From Chrysomallon squamiferum (lineage: Eukaryota; Animalia; Mollusca), in the NCBI GenBank assembly GCA_012295275.1, contig CM022671.1:6758001-6822000 (forward strand): a stretch of 64,000 nt of DNA, in the 5' to 3' direction. The notes under the pieces were generated by a model that searched no databases, was not told the DNA's origin, and saw only the letters and a program-made list of their open reading frames with translations. The position numbers and the translations under genes were made by a program. Shown in pieces: positions 1 to 14,639 of the stretch. Numbering within the stretch: position 1 is the first letter of the stretch; every line of letters starts with the position of its first letter.

Positions 1-500
1 CACATTTATTTAGTGAGAGAAATGTGGCTGCGATAATTTCTTCAAACTTTATATTTTGCTTTCTAATGCTTCTCATTGGTTAACACGCGTAACAAAAAAA
101 ATGAATTATGTATCTATAGTGACAGGTTTGATTGACAACGTGACCTATGCAAACTGTTACGTGTTTGTTGGATTTGTAACGAATGGACATATTCTTAATG
201 GAAATGGGTGGGTTCTTTCTTTCTTATACATATATACTGTATATATTTTGTTGTGTGTTTCTGAACGTCACACGCCCTGCCATTTGCTGTTCAGTTTGTT
301 TTTATTATTAAAGCCTTCTTATGTTGAAATGACCTTGTACTACTTTTCACAGAGAAAAAAAACAACAAAAAACCGGCCCCCAAGAAAAACAAAAAATAAA
401 AACAAACAACTAATCTAACGACACACATACAAATGCGCAAACTCTCAAGTACAGATATTATCATTATTACTGTTATTGTTGTTGTTGTTACTTATTTATG

Positions 501-585
<85 letters not shown>

Positions 586-888
586 GTGTATATATATATA
601 TATACTGGCAGTCAAAATAGCTACTTTTATTCTACGTACCTGCATCTACAGAAAGGTAGATATACAGACACAAGAAATTACATCGCTATTGTTGCGGTGT
701 CGACTCTGAACTTTGTAGTAGATGTGAAAGAATCAGACATGGTACAAACAAAGATAAGTTAAAAATATATTTGGTTATCGGTTGCCTGGGTAATCGATCT
801 GACCATGATTAGATGTCATTCTAGAACTAGTTAACAGATTATACAGTGTTGTGTATATGCGATGTGTCTATCCAACTGTCTGTTTACA

Positions 889-988
<100 letters not shown>

Positions 989-1962
989 TTGTATTCTTAA
1001 ATAAGAATAAATGTATTTATAAATGACAAATATTGTATAAAAAAAAAAATAAAATAAAAGCGAATATAAAGAAATAAACTGGTTTTGTAAAGTGTATTTA
1101 TCTTGGAGATAAGACAAATTATTTTAACACCTTTGGCTGTAGTTAAGCCTTTATCGGCACCTTCAGCTTCAGTATGTTACATATCGTAGAAGCAATATGA
1201 CAGTTAATAAGTTATAGCCATTTATGTATTTTATCATATGGTGATTGTTGATGTCATAAAAAGACGTTTTGTATGGGTTTTTTTTTTCATGTTTGGGGGA
1301 TTGTATCATCAAGCAGACAACAATGATCACTGTAAAGAACTCCATGATGCTCTCTGTGTGCAACAACGTCAGGCTTTTAAGTTCTAGTTAACAATGATCA
1401 TCAGAAATGGAATGAGACACTGTCAAAAAATGCTGTTTCTTTTTCTGTTTTGTTTTTTGTACATATGTCATTTAAAGTTTTTGTTTTTCTCATTTTCATA
1501 TATTTTGATACAACATACCAGCCTTGAAAATGTGTGACTAATTTCTTGTAGTAGCAGTAAAACAGATCTCAATATGCGGCCACTGTCATTGGTTAATTAA
1601 TCAAGTTAAGGTTTCTGATGAGAAAATGGCTCATATTACCTTTGCTGATGCTATAGCAATGTCGTAGTATTCAAAGCGCCATATCTCAAAAAGAAAGCAT
1701 ATATTTGTATTCAAAAGTTAAATTTTTCAAACACACATACAAATAAAATAAAATAAAGTTAATGTTTTAACAATTTAAAAATCAAAAGTAAAAAATAAAA
1801 AATTAGAAATTCATTATGAAATTTTGTTGTCCGCTTCCTACTCTAAGATTATTTAAAAACAAACAAACAGAAAAATTATAATATTACTGTACATTTCGTT
1901 AATTTTTATAACATCTCTTTTTATTTTAAATTGCAATAGTTGAATAACATTAGTCGTGATTC

Positions 1963-2003
<41 letters not shown>

Positions 2004-2187
2004 TAAGGGGGAGTAATAAGGGGGAGCCCCAGTCCGAAAAATGAAAAACTCTAATCCTAAAAGTTACCGAAACATTAAACTTTAGTACACATAACAGCTG
2101 TGTTATAAGTAATATAACAGTGTAAGAACAACACACAGAATGTAAGAACAACACACAGAATATAAGAGACATAACAACAATTTAATG

Positions 2188-3277
2188 CAGGGGTGCCCAC
2201 ACTTTTTTGGCTTGCGAGCTTGTTTTTAAATGACCAAGTCAAAATGATCTGCCTACAAAAAAAAATTTATAATAATAATACATTTATTAAGGCTGCAGGA
2301 TGGATGATAGGCTATTTTTTAGTGTCATGCTATCTACCCACACTGTCTATGTGATCTAACCACACTGTCTGTGCTATCTACCCACACTGTCTGTGCTATC
2401 TACCCACATTGTCTATGTGATCTACCCACACTGTCTATGTGATCTACCCACACTGTCTATGTGATCTACCCACACTGTCTACGTGATCTACCCACACTCT
2501 CTATGTGATCTACCCACACTGTCTATGTGATCTACCCACACTGTCTATGTGATCTACCCACACTGTCTACGTGATCTACCCACACTGTCTACGTGATCTA
2601 CCCACACTGTCTATGTGATCTACCCACACTGTCTATGTGATCTACCCACAATGTCTATGTGATCTACCCACCCTCTCTATGTGATCTACCCACACTCTCT
2701 ATGTGATCTACCCACACTGTCTATGTGATCTACCCACACAGTCTATGCGATCTACCCACACTGTCTATGTGATCTACCCACGATGTGTATGTGATCTACC
2801 CACACTGTCTATGCGATCTACCCACACTGTCTATGTGAACTACCCACGATGTGTATGTGATCTACCCACACTGTCTATGCGATCTACCCACACTGTCTAT
2901 GTGATCTACCCACACTGTCTACGTGATATACCCACACTGTCTATGTGATCTACCCACACTGTCTATGTGATCTACCCACACTGTCTATGTGATCTACCCA
3001 CACTGTCTACGTGATATACCCACACTGTCTATGTGATCTACCCACACTGTCTATGTGATCTACCCACACCGTCTATGTGATCTACCCACACTGTCTATGT
3101 GATCTACCCACCCTCTCTATGTGATCTACCCACACTCTCTATGTGATCTACCCACACTGTCTATGCGATCTACCCACACTGTCTATGTGATCTACCCACG
3201 ATGTGTATGTGATCTACCCACACTGTTTATGCGATCTACCCACACTGTCTGTCCGATCGACATATTGCGCACCCTTG
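2188..3277. mobile_element. Non-autonomous hAT (Buster/Charlie-type) DNA transposon with internal 22-bp tandem array
   Basis: Terminal inverted repeats CAGGGGTGCCCA (2188) and TGCGCACCCTTG (ends 3277; 10/12 match); flanking 8-bp TSD ATTTAATG (2180-2187) / ATTTAAAG (3278-3285), 7/8 identical with central TA as expected for Buster-type hATs; no transposase ORF. Confidence 0.85.
2330..3250. repeat. 22-bp minisatellite (GATCTACCCACACTGTCTATGT)n, roughly 40 copies
   Basis: Directly visible tandem units, inside the hAT element. Confidence 0.97.
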
Positions 3278-4991
3278 ATTTAAAGAAATGTCATACATTA
3301 TAAAAACAAAAACACAAAACAAATCAAAACAAATGTACAGTAGAAAAATACAGGTTGGGTGAGGATTGTTAGTTTATGATGTTTAAATACTCTTATCTTC
3401 GTGGAAAGTAGGTTGAGAAGGGACTGTCATGATCGTGTAGTGGAACTTACGATAACTTAAAAGATAACTTTCCAGGAGGGAAATGGAGGCAAGTTCGAAA
3501 TTTTGTGGATTTTCAAGATTTCGTCGACAAATGTTTTAAGTAAAGTGGTAAAAAGTAGACAAACAGCAAATACAGAGAAAGTTGCAGACAGGCTGAAACT
3601 AAACAGAATAAATTTTAGTTGACCTTATACCTTGAATTCACAGGTCGCAAATATAATAGTGTTTTATTAATATTTCATAAATGAATAAAATAATAATGTT
3701 AATAAATTATTTCGGAAGAAGGCGATTTTATAAGTGCTTGACTTTACTATTCGTTCGTCAGTTGTTTGGTATTTTTTGTTTTTGAAACATTGATTATTAA
3801 TGAAAAGAAAGGAAAGAAAGAGAACATGTAACTGATCAAACAAAGCGTTTTCGGTTCCGATTGCAAATCAAGGGAAATAACTCTGTTTCCTGATCTTTTT
3901 ATTTATTAACCTAGATAAAATGTGGTGTTTCAGTGGTAATGCACTAGCAGAATATTAAACCATTGACATTAGCGAACATCTTTTGACTTTAAAAAATAAA
4001 ATTGGTTACACAACTGTTTACAATATATCTCTGTCCACTGATGTATCCACATATTCTATACATACATACGTACGTACGTACGTACATACATACATACATA
4101 CACACATACACACATATATATAAATAGATGCATGCATAATGCATGCATACACACATCTTTCATACATACATACATACGTTCACACACACACACACTACAT
4201 ACATACTTATACATACATACATATAAATAAACGAGTTCTGTTATTCTATAAGAATACAACTGTTCTGAGTACTGTACTAGTAAACAAACTGTCTGGCGTT
4301 ACCTACATTGTGTGATCTGTTATCCTTTGCGTTTTCTCCAGACTCTAACAGAATGTGAATAACAACAGAATCAAATGTGCAAAAAGAATTAAATGTTTAT
4401 CTGCTGTTAGTCAGCGAGTCTCTTTATAACCTTTAAGAAATTAGATACAGTTCTTGTTTTGTTTTTTGTTTTTTTAAATTATACTCTACAAAGAAAACTG
4501 TCCGTATACATTTAAAGACACATATATCTTGTCTATATCACAAAATACTGTTCATTGTTTGATTATTTAATTGAAATAAGAAAGAAAGCAATGCGATCAA
4601 AACAAAAGATCAGTGGTTATATATTCAATAGTCACACTCTTAATTACACAGTTATACTCGGCTCATGTTGTCAATCAAACCTTCAGACAATACCCCCTTG
4701 ACATACTTTAACCAATCAATAGAGAATGAAAGCTAAAATGTAAATGATGGAGGACGTGATGATACAACAGAATATCTTATTTCAGCATAATGTGTGATAA
4801 ACTTCGGAAATAATTTATAGGAATTTCTGTCGCAAGATAAAAGACTTTGGCTTCTTTATTCAGGGAAATAAAAGAAACCGCTGAAGTGACTTATGGACAA
4901 TATGAAAGCAGAAACAGTATAATCAGAATGTTTGCGGGAGTGTTTCCTGTAAAGGATAACAATATATTCCGTTTTCAAATATTTTAATTTC

Positions 4992-6029
4992 ATGAAAAAT
5001 ATAGTGTGTGTAAAGAAGTACAGCAAGTGTAAAGCAGAATGTAGTGATATTAATTTTGAACAGGGATTTAACTTGACAATGAATGCAACAAACATTTCTG
5101 ATGACATCTCTAAGAATACTGCAGTCGCAAGCAGCTGTGTCATATTATGGGGATTTTCCAACAACATTTTCATTCTAATGATTCTTGTAAAATCCAGGAT
5201 GCTTTTTGGCGTCATAGGACATTTCATTGCTAACGAGCTTCTGGCGGATGTGATGTTACACTTAAACACTGCCACGTTTCTGATAGTTAGTTTCTACGAG
5301 CCAAAACTAATGTTTGGAATGGGTTTGGTCGCAGCCTTTGTCTCTGTTAAATGTTTTTCTCTGATGGGACTAAGCGTCATCCTCTGTGTTGCTATATGCA
5401 ACCCGTTAAAATATCACGTTCATGTTACAAAGAAGAGAGTGAAGATATATTTGGCTGTAATCTGGTTGTGGGTTCCTGCTGTGTTGTGTTACGTTTATTT
5501 AGAAGGAACATTTTACACGGTGAATGAACATTCCAGCAGACTCGATCCTAACTACACTTCAACGAACTGGTGGGTTGGGGCTCTTAACATGACAGGTGTA
5601 GTTGCTGTTCCTTCGACTGTGATTACTGTATGCATGATAAAAATAATCAAGCATCAAAACGCTGCAGTTTTGACCAATTCTTACGTTAAGACAACAACGG
5701 AAAGCAAAATCCGCTTGGCTTATTTAAACACGATTGTTTTCTTTCTGATCGCGACGTCGAAAGTGCCTTTCCACATTTTGTTCGCTCTTCACATCGTCGA
5801 TCCCGTCATGTTTGGATGTATGATCTTTATTTATTTTCTCTACCCGTTGCTGAAACTGGTAGTTTATTTGACTTTGATGCCAAATTTCAGAAACTCTGCA
5901 GTGAAGATTTGTTGTTACGTGTGTTCGAGCAAAACAAGTGACAATACGTCGAAGATTCCTAGAATAACAAGACAGTCGGTTACAGATGCAAACATTCAGC
6001 AGTGTGCAGAACTCAGTATCATACGATAA
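4992..6029 (+). CDS. Intronless divergent rhodopsin-class (class A) GPCR, candidate chemoreceptor; true start may be ATG 5079 (MNATNIS)
   Basis: 345-aa ORF with seven hydrophobic segments; N-glycosylation sequons NAT/NIS; TM2 LLADV, TM3/ICL2 VAICNPLKYH, TM4 IW, TM6 VPFHI, helix-8 FR followed by CC. A TTTTGAACAG acceptor at ~5063 precedes ATG 5079. Confidence 0.85.
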   Translation: MKNIVCVKKYSKCKAECSDINFEQGFNLTMNATNISDDISKNTAVASSCVILWGFSNNIFILMILVKSRMLFGVIGHFIANELLADVMLHLNTATFLIVSFYEPKLMFGMGLVAAFVSVKCFSLMGLSVILCVAICNPLKYHVHVTKKRVKIYLAVIWLWVPAVLCYVYLEGTFYTVNEHSSRLDPNYTSTNWWVGALNMTGVVAVPSTVITVCMIKIIKHQNAAVLTNSYVKTTTESKIRLAYLNTIVFFLIATSKVPFHILFALHIVDPVMFGCMIFIYFLYPLLKLVVYLTLMPNFRNSAVKICCYVCSSKTSDNTSKIPRITRQSVTDANIQQCAELSIIR

Positions 6030-8130
6030 GGAGATATTCTAGATATGAAATAAGAAAATATATTTATTTTATACAATGTTATAATTAAAATTAAAGATTA
6101 GAAGAAAAGTTAGTCGAAGTTGAAAGTTGTGTCTCTTCTGGGAATAAGTGCTACAAATCCAAGTAACAATAACAATCAGAGATTTGTTAATTTGACATTT
6201 AAATTTTTGTATATTTATTTTTATATTCATGTTTTATATCACAGTATTCCTAATTAATGTATAGTTAAACTTAATTTTTAAAAAAGTCTGTGTTATCATT
6301 ATTCAGTTGTACCTGAATTGTATGTACACGTGTGGGGTCGAGTAGAGGTTTCCCCTCATCAGAAATGACAAAAACATTTAACATATTTACAATCTTTATT
6401 GACAAACACCACACAAGCATCAACAACAAACGTAAATCGTCGTAGTCGAACACTGCCATAGCCACAGGACGTTCTCATAAAACTCAACTGTAAACAGATC
6501 GACTTCATTGATGGATGTAAATAAAACATACTGACTTGTCATCAAACTCATAATAAGCATAAGGTATATTTATATTTGACAAAATATTGCTGTCGAAACC
6601 GAAATAGAGCACCGATTTGTGCAAAGGGCGACATCTTTTCGACCTCGAAATTCCGCTAAGACGCGCTGTTTACGAAACGTAAATGTGCTTGGAATGATGT
6701 TCAATGTTTGAATTGTGCACCAAATCGGTTGATCTCGCTTGGTTTGGCTGTCACTGTTTGCGGGTTCTTGTGTTTCGACACTGTGCACTGCGTGTAAAAA
6801 TACCATATAAAGCTGCCGAACAATAATATATTTATTTATTTTGAAGAAAACAAATCCAAACTGATATGAATGTCCGCTGGAAAACAATGGGACTCCAACA
6901 AATGTCTGTATACCTCGGAGGCAAACCAAATGATACAGGAAATTTAATTCAATATATATATTTGTTAAAAGTGTGTAAATTAAATAGCATATTTGTGTTA
7001 CAGGAGATATTTTAAGAGATTTTGAAACTTCAACAAAACGTTTTCAAAGTTACTTGACACACAATTGGAGTAATTTTCAAATAATTCTTAACACTAAGTC
7101 TAATTCATAAGAAACACCTTTTTGTCGTAAATGTTTATAAATAATAAACATATAAGCAGTCTTGATAATTTTTTAGAAATGTTAGCATTTACATTATTTC
7201 TAATATTCTAAAAGAATTACTACCTACAGACCAATGTTAATACTGAGTGGAAGGCAAAGACGGCACACCCTGCAGGGCGTGGCACGGCTTTAAGGGGTCG
7301 TCAGTTTCTTCTGTGTGTGGCGACTGGACAGGGCTACCGTCATACATTTGTATTCAAAAACTGCAGTTGTCAGTATGTGGTTTATTTTTTTATTTTCTCG
7401 CCTCAAAATACTCCAGTATGTTTGCATTTATGTATGATTTACTGTTTTGTTGTTGTTGTTGTTAGTTCTATCTGTAGAAGGTATGGTAAATAATAAGCCT
7501 GTAAAGTTGTGTGTCTGTGACAGTCAATGAAGGGATCAGATGAAATTAGTTGCTATAGTGTATTAAAATGTATAATAAATTCGATGTGGACTTGCCGTGA
7601 AAACAGCTTTGATTGCTGTTGTAACAGTATGAGTAGTAGTAATAGCGGCTGTAGAAGAACTAGTAGTAGTACTGGTAACAGAAGTTGTACTACTAATAGT
7701 CGTAGTAACGGGAATACTACTAGTAGTAGTAGTATAATACTATTGTTAGTAGCAGTTGTAGTAAAAGATGAAAAAGCAGTAGAAATATGTGTATTATAAG
7801 CAGTGACAGTGATAGCAGCAATAGCAATAGTTACAGTAATAGTGGTAAAAGTTGTATTAATAATAATAGTAGTAATAGTAGTAATAGTAGTAGTAGTAGT
7901 ACTAGTAGTAATAATAATAGCAGTAGTAATAACAAAAATAATAGGTTTAATAGTAGTAGTACAAGTGGTAGTAATAGTAATAATTATAATAATTGCAATT
8001 ATAATAGTAATAGAAATGGTAACTGGAGGAACAATATTATATGAGTAGCATTTTGATACATATCTATGGTTTAAATATATGATTGCAATATAAAATAATT
8101 TTCCTCTTTTTTTAAATTTCAACTTCTTCT

Positions 8131-8176
<46 letters not shown>

Positions 8177-11126
8177 GAATGAAGTCTTTCTGTTTTAGAC
8201 ACAAATTTGTTACTAGTATACAAAACATATTTCTCCATTATTCTTTGTTCTGGAAGAAATTAAATTAATATTTTTTTATAATACAAATCATTGGCAGCCA
8301 GAGTTTGATTAAAACATTTAAAATATAAAAGTAAAACGAAAGATAATGAAAACAATCAAAAAACTTTTTTGGATTGTTTGTTTCTCGTATTCTTTATAAT
8401 AATTTTGAATTTAATTTCACGCTGAAAGATTACTCATCATCTTAGAAAACATTTTATTAATGTTTAGTTATTACTAATCATTGACATTTTCATTCTTGGT
8501 TGGGGTTTTTTGTTGTTGTTGTGATGTAGGTTTTTCATTTATTCAGATTAAATCCTTTCCACGGTTTCTTATATAAAGCTTCCAATACTTTTTACATTTT
8601 ACTTTTCATTTAAGATTAATGTTTAATTTGTCTTTTGGGATTTCCTTTGTAATACTAATCCATAATCCATAGAGATAAAACTAATCTACTAAGTATTGCA
8701 GAATTTGAAAGAAACTAATTTTAATAACATATTCTTAGTTCACTGCATGAAAGAATGAAAATCTGCACGTTGCTCTTTATACGAAAAGAAGCATAAAAAT
8801 TAAAGAACAGAAAACGAACACAGAGAACGAAATAAAGAGAAAAATAAAATGTACGGAATTTTTATTTATATATCTTTATTTATTTATTTATTTATTTTCT
8901 AAATGTATATTAAGTGCGATATGCAATTTAGTTTATTGTTTTAAGGGCACATTAATTTAGGTAAATTGTTGTTGTTATATATTTATTTTTTTTAAACACT
9001 GACTTAAAATAGTGTTTTGAGATATGCATTGTTCTAAATCAAATTCCAAACATTTACACAAATTTTAAATATTTGTTTTTACACATTTCCAAAATTTTCA
9101 TAGATTTCACAGATTTCCAATATTTAAATCAATAACTTTTGAGAAATGTAACTGGTTTATTTTAGTATGTATATGAAGTCACTGCTCATCTATAAATAAT
9201 AATAACAATAATCATAATAATGATGATAATAATAATAATAATAATACAATAATAATAATAATAAATAATAATAATAATAATAATAATATTAATAAATAAT
9301 AACAATAATAATAATAATAATAAATACTGACAAAATACATCATTATTTTCTTTACAATTGCTTTTCCCCAATGATCACAAAATGCAGAATATTTTTTCTG
9401 AATTAATTTACAAATAATTATGACTATTGTACGTGCATTCTGTCTTATTCAGAATTTTATAAGCGGTTTTCTAGCATTAATAAATATTTTCTCTCACTCT
9501 CCTGCGCTATTCACTTGCATCTGAAATACATGAGAAATAAATCTTCGTTCACAATGGTGTCATTGCAACACGCCTATTTTTCAAAGTTGTTTAGTAGCAG
9601 GAAGAAGAATGACGGAATTATTGCATGTTTAAGTTTTTTTTTAAATTTTTGTTGATACTGGGGATTACAGCACTGGAATTCGTGTCAAATTAATGTCACC
9701 AAAATTCGTATTTAACGTTATTTTCATCAGGATTTACCTTCGATTAATTATCTTCACGTGAACCAAATTAATTCCATTACAACAAATTAAATTATGAATA
9801 TGAATAACTTATATCAAATTTATAGGCGCACGTATTTCTCAATTTTTTATAATTTCATATTTATATATGTGTGTATGTGTGTATGTATATTTGTATATGT
9901 GTATTTGTGTGTGTGTGTGTGTGTGTGTGTGTACATAAATATTTGTTATGCTATTTAAATATTCAGTTTGTATATTATGTCCAATTTTAACGTTTGGCGT
10001 TAGCCAATTTTGGCTGGATGGCCGCCATTATAATGTACAATCTATTGTGATTGCAGTCTGACAGTCTGGCAGTTTTTGTAGTTCGGAGAAGGACCCTGTC
10101 GAAAATCCGACAGGTAGAGATTAGCTACGTTGTTGACAAATACTGCTAGTTAACGAATGTACCTGAATGTCTACTTTTTCTTCATACCTATAGCTGACGT
10201 CCTGCTATTGAATCATGTACAAACACCAACACACTGTAGAAAGAGATAACTGTAAAACGATTAGGGCTTTACACAACATTAAACCTGTGATTTTTCAAAT
10301 TAAAATATTTGAACATTGAACGTACACAATTTTATTGGGTTTTTTTGTTGGTTTTTTTTCTCTCGGTTTTCACGAATGCGACGATCAGTTGAAAAACCTT
10401 TATTGTGTTGTATACATTAAATGTAAATTTATAATACTGAAGTAATAAAGTAGTAATAAAGTAGGAGTCAGTATATTGCTAGCACTATTACTACACTGTT
10501 ACGTCTACTGTTAATACGATTAATATCACCGCTACTACTACTACTACATTTTCTACAACTACTACTACAGCTACTGTTACTACTACTACTGTTGCTATTA
10601 CTACAACAGCTACTGTGACTACTACTACTGCTACTACTACTACTACCGTTGTATATACAGTAATGTAAGGAGCGGTAGCTGTATTAAATACAAGTATTTA
10701 AAAAAAAAAATGGAGAATGAAGAAAGAGGCAGAAATCGGGTATCAATATCCGTTATTCTGCTTGAGACACAGTTATCAGTTTAATTATCTCGTGTTCACT
10801 GTCTCGTGAACTTCGATTCACTGATTCCATTAAGAAATATTCCTGCAAGGAACTGATAAAACCAATAAAACAAAAAAAATAAATAAAAATAACAATAGCT
10901 TAATCTGCTGTCTGGAAAAACCGAAATGACGGGTATAAATTACACAGTACAGTATCGCTATGCAAAACGTGCTTCACACCAGCTAGCTCTGATTAGCACA
11001 TTAACTTTTTTTCATTCATTCATTCATCGCGATGCAGCATCTGATGATAATATACTGCTTTTATACACGATGTTAAGATTAAGTGTCACAGAGGTTGTCT
11101 CGAAGGCGTCTCACGGGGATTGTGAG

Positions 11127-11200
11127 GTGTGATTGGACTTTGTCCTCCTGCGTCATTGCGTTCCCCAGAATATTGTCTGTGTGCAGAGTCTAATCAATCG
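11127..11200 (+). mobile_element. SINE core fragment (same family as 19.7-19.95 kb)
   Basis: GTGATTGGACTTTGTCCTCCTGCGTCATTGCGTTCCCCAGAATATTGTCTGTGTGCAGAGT is the reverse complement, with a few changes, of 19757-19817 and 47302-47361. Confidence 0.8.
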
Positions 11201-11623
11201 AACATAAGACAGAGAATATTCAAATCCTAAACTATACATACATACTTTCATATCAGAGGAGACTGAGCTGAATGGAAATGCAATAGCTCGTTATATTATG
11301 ATGATGATAATAACTGAAAAAGCTATAGTACATCTACGAGAGAGCAAAACACACGTCCAACTCTCTGCCAATCGAAAAAAAAAAAACCCCAATGCGCCAC
11401 AGTCCCGAGAAAAGAAAAAAGACACAACAACAACAAGAAAAAACTAAAAACAAACCCAAATTCTTCTTCACAATTATATACACATATCCAAAATATTTTG
11501 AATACATACGTTCAGACACAGATACACACATAAAATATTTTTTCGAAATGTACATGACATGCGATATACAGTTTAGTTTAATGTTTTAATGGTACAAATA
11601 AAACATAACAAATATTTTAAACA

Positions 11624-11669
<46 letters not shown>

Positions 11670-13711
11670 TGACACACAAATATAATACATCCGTATAAAG
11701 AATTTATTTTAACAGCACTCAATCTTTTCGCACTTTTTGTACTGACAGATGTCAGCACTTGTAGCCTAAATTATTTTATTTATTGTTAGAATATATGTTT
11801 TGGGAGTAAACTAGAGTGCTATAGAAAGGTGACTATTTTGGAAAGGGAAGTGACATTCTTAAACAGAAGGATTAGACATCCGTTCTGATTTTTTTAATGT
11901 ACTCTTCATTAAATGGCAGAAGAAAAGTTCTAGAAGGAAATTCTGAACATTATTTTATAATCAGTTTAACAAAGAATAACTCGAGCTCGAGTAACTGTTT
12001 TAAGAAAAAGGACAAGGAGATTAATGTAATTTGATTCTGAGTATAACTGACCATGTTTTCCACAGGGTGTACTTAGCTTATATCTCTTTACACATAAATA
12101 AACTTGGACAATTACTGAGGTACGGAGATGTTTTCAAAGTGGCTGTTTAATATTCCCGGGGGTTTCAGAAATTACGAGAGTTCAATTTTTGTTTGACGTA
12201 TTTAAAGAGCCGAAGAGCATTTTGATAATGCACTTGCTTTGCTACTATTATTAATGTTGTTGTTGTTGTTGTTGTTATTATTATTATTATTAACATTATT
12301 ACTATTGTTGTTGTTATAGTAGATATTATTATTATTATTGTATTATTTTTATTACTATTATTATTATTCTTATTATTACTATTATTATTATCATTACTGA
12401 TTTTATTATTATTATTACTATTATTATTACTATTATTATTATTAACATTATTACTATTGTTGTTGTTATAGTAGTTATTATTATTATTAATATTATTATT
12501 ATTATTATTATTATTACTACTATTATTATCATTATTGTTATTAATATTATTATTAATATTATTACTATTATTGTTATTCTATTATTATTATCTATTTTGT
12601 TGTTGTTATTATTATTATTATATCAAACGGAACATCACTAATGCTGCTGCTAATACTAGATACTAACTCTTCTTGTACTAACCTACTACAGCTACTACAG
12701 CTGCTATTAATATTATTGCTGTTACTGTTTTTTTTGTAACTGTCAACTTTGTTTTTACTGTCATTTTTCAACAGCAGAAAGATTAGCATCATCTGTTTAC
12801 TTTTTTCTTTTTGTCCTTGACTCGAAAAAAGCAGATCCTGTATTCTTGAATATATTTATCAAATATCTATGAACCAATCCCGCCCCACCAACCCCCCCAA
12901 AAGCCCCGAATCTTTCCAACCCCCCCCCAAAAAAGGCAATTTATACGGTTACTATTATTTGAGGTATTTTCATATAACGTCTTTTTTATTAAAAATAAGT
13001 TATATAATTAATTAAATAACTGCAAAATAATAATCATTTCATATAATAAGAACGCAACCTAACATCAAAAAAATATTTCTTAACTTTATATAATTGTAGT
13101 GGTCGGTTGTACAAGAATTATGAAATACAGAAATCATATTATATTAATACGGCACTTAATTTCTTTCAGTTAATATAGAGACATAAGAATTTTAGAGAAT
13201 TACGTTGTCCTAATGCCAATAAAATGCTTAAAACGCATAATGCAAAATAAACATGACAAATGTATTATTTCATATATCCAAACTTATATGAAATTTACAT
13301 CAGTATTACATTACAATTATGGCTTTGCTAATTAGGACTATTCTGATACTATTTCTTTCTTTTTATAATATTTAAAGTTTCAGTCGATTTTTCAGAAGTA
13401 GAAATGGCCAGTTTAAAAGCTTCCAAAATGAATGTATTCAAAGTATTATGATCAACCCATATTAAGTCTTACACTTTCAACAAAAACAGGGAATCTTTCA
13501 AATGTTTATTTAAACATCTGGTTAAATGCCCCTGTATCTTTCTATTGTTTGTTAGATTCTTCAGCTGATGCTTTTCATTGTATTTGTTTATGTATTTAAC
13601 ATGTTATAATACAAGTACACAGCATGTTAAAAATAAATAAATAAATAATTAAAGATAACATATATGTTTCTTTTCTCTTTTCTTCTGTTTTCATTATTAT
13701 TATTGTTATTG

Positions 13712-13751
<40 letters not shown>

Positions 13752-14432
13752 CATCATCATCATCATCATCATCATCATTATTACTGTAACAATATTGTTG
13801 TACTGATATTTAAAGATATTCATCTGCAGATAGTTTGTTTTTGTATATATGCTAAAGATCGATCTATAAATGTAAATGAGTAAGAATTCTTTCAGTTAGC
13901 GAAACACCTAGAAAATTAATTTCATCAACGTGAATTGTGGATTATAGCGACAAAGGAAATAAGAAAGACAAATTAGAATTCGTTCAGATAAAAAGCAGCA
14001 TGTAATTCAAATGTAAAGGTTTGCACAAATTATTTGAGAAACTAATCGAAAGGACATTATCTGAATAAATGAAAAACCTATATCACAACAAAAAAAAACA
14101 AGAATAATAACGTGAATGATGATTATTAATAATAATACATATATCAATGTTTCAGCATGAAATTAAATTCAGAATTATTAAATGAGAAAAATAGTTCTAC
14201 TTTGAAAAAAAAAAAAAAAAATTATTTTCGTTTGGTTTTTGAAATTCATTAATCTATCTTTGACTTTTACTAATTAGTGCAGTACTCAGAAAATTAACGG
14301 CTTAAAGGAAAATTAATAAAAATAATAAAGAAACAAACTTCGCCAGTTTCTTCTTGTATACAAAACATTAATCAAGTCGTGCTGAAGCCTTCGTGTAGTT
14401 CAGATTTGTAATGCGTTATATAAAACCAAATA

Positions 14433-14465
<33 letters not shown>

Positions 14466-14608
14466 GAAGAAGAAGAAGAAGAAGAAGAATAATAATAATA
14501 AGAAGAAGAAGAAGAAGAAGAAGAAGAAAACTACTGAGACGAACTGTCAAAACAACAATTAACAAAAATGTAATGAAAACTGTTTTACTTATACCATGTT
14601 ATAAAAAA

Positions 14609-14639
<31 letters not shown>

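Noticed and set aside
4856-5275. 139-aa antisense ORF overlapping the GPCR
   Set aside because: Shadow ORF with no independent motifs.
5079-6029. Opsin interpretation because of a TM7 lysine
   Set aside because: The lysine sits at the NPxxY Asn position rather than the retinal-binding position, and other opsin motifs are absent.
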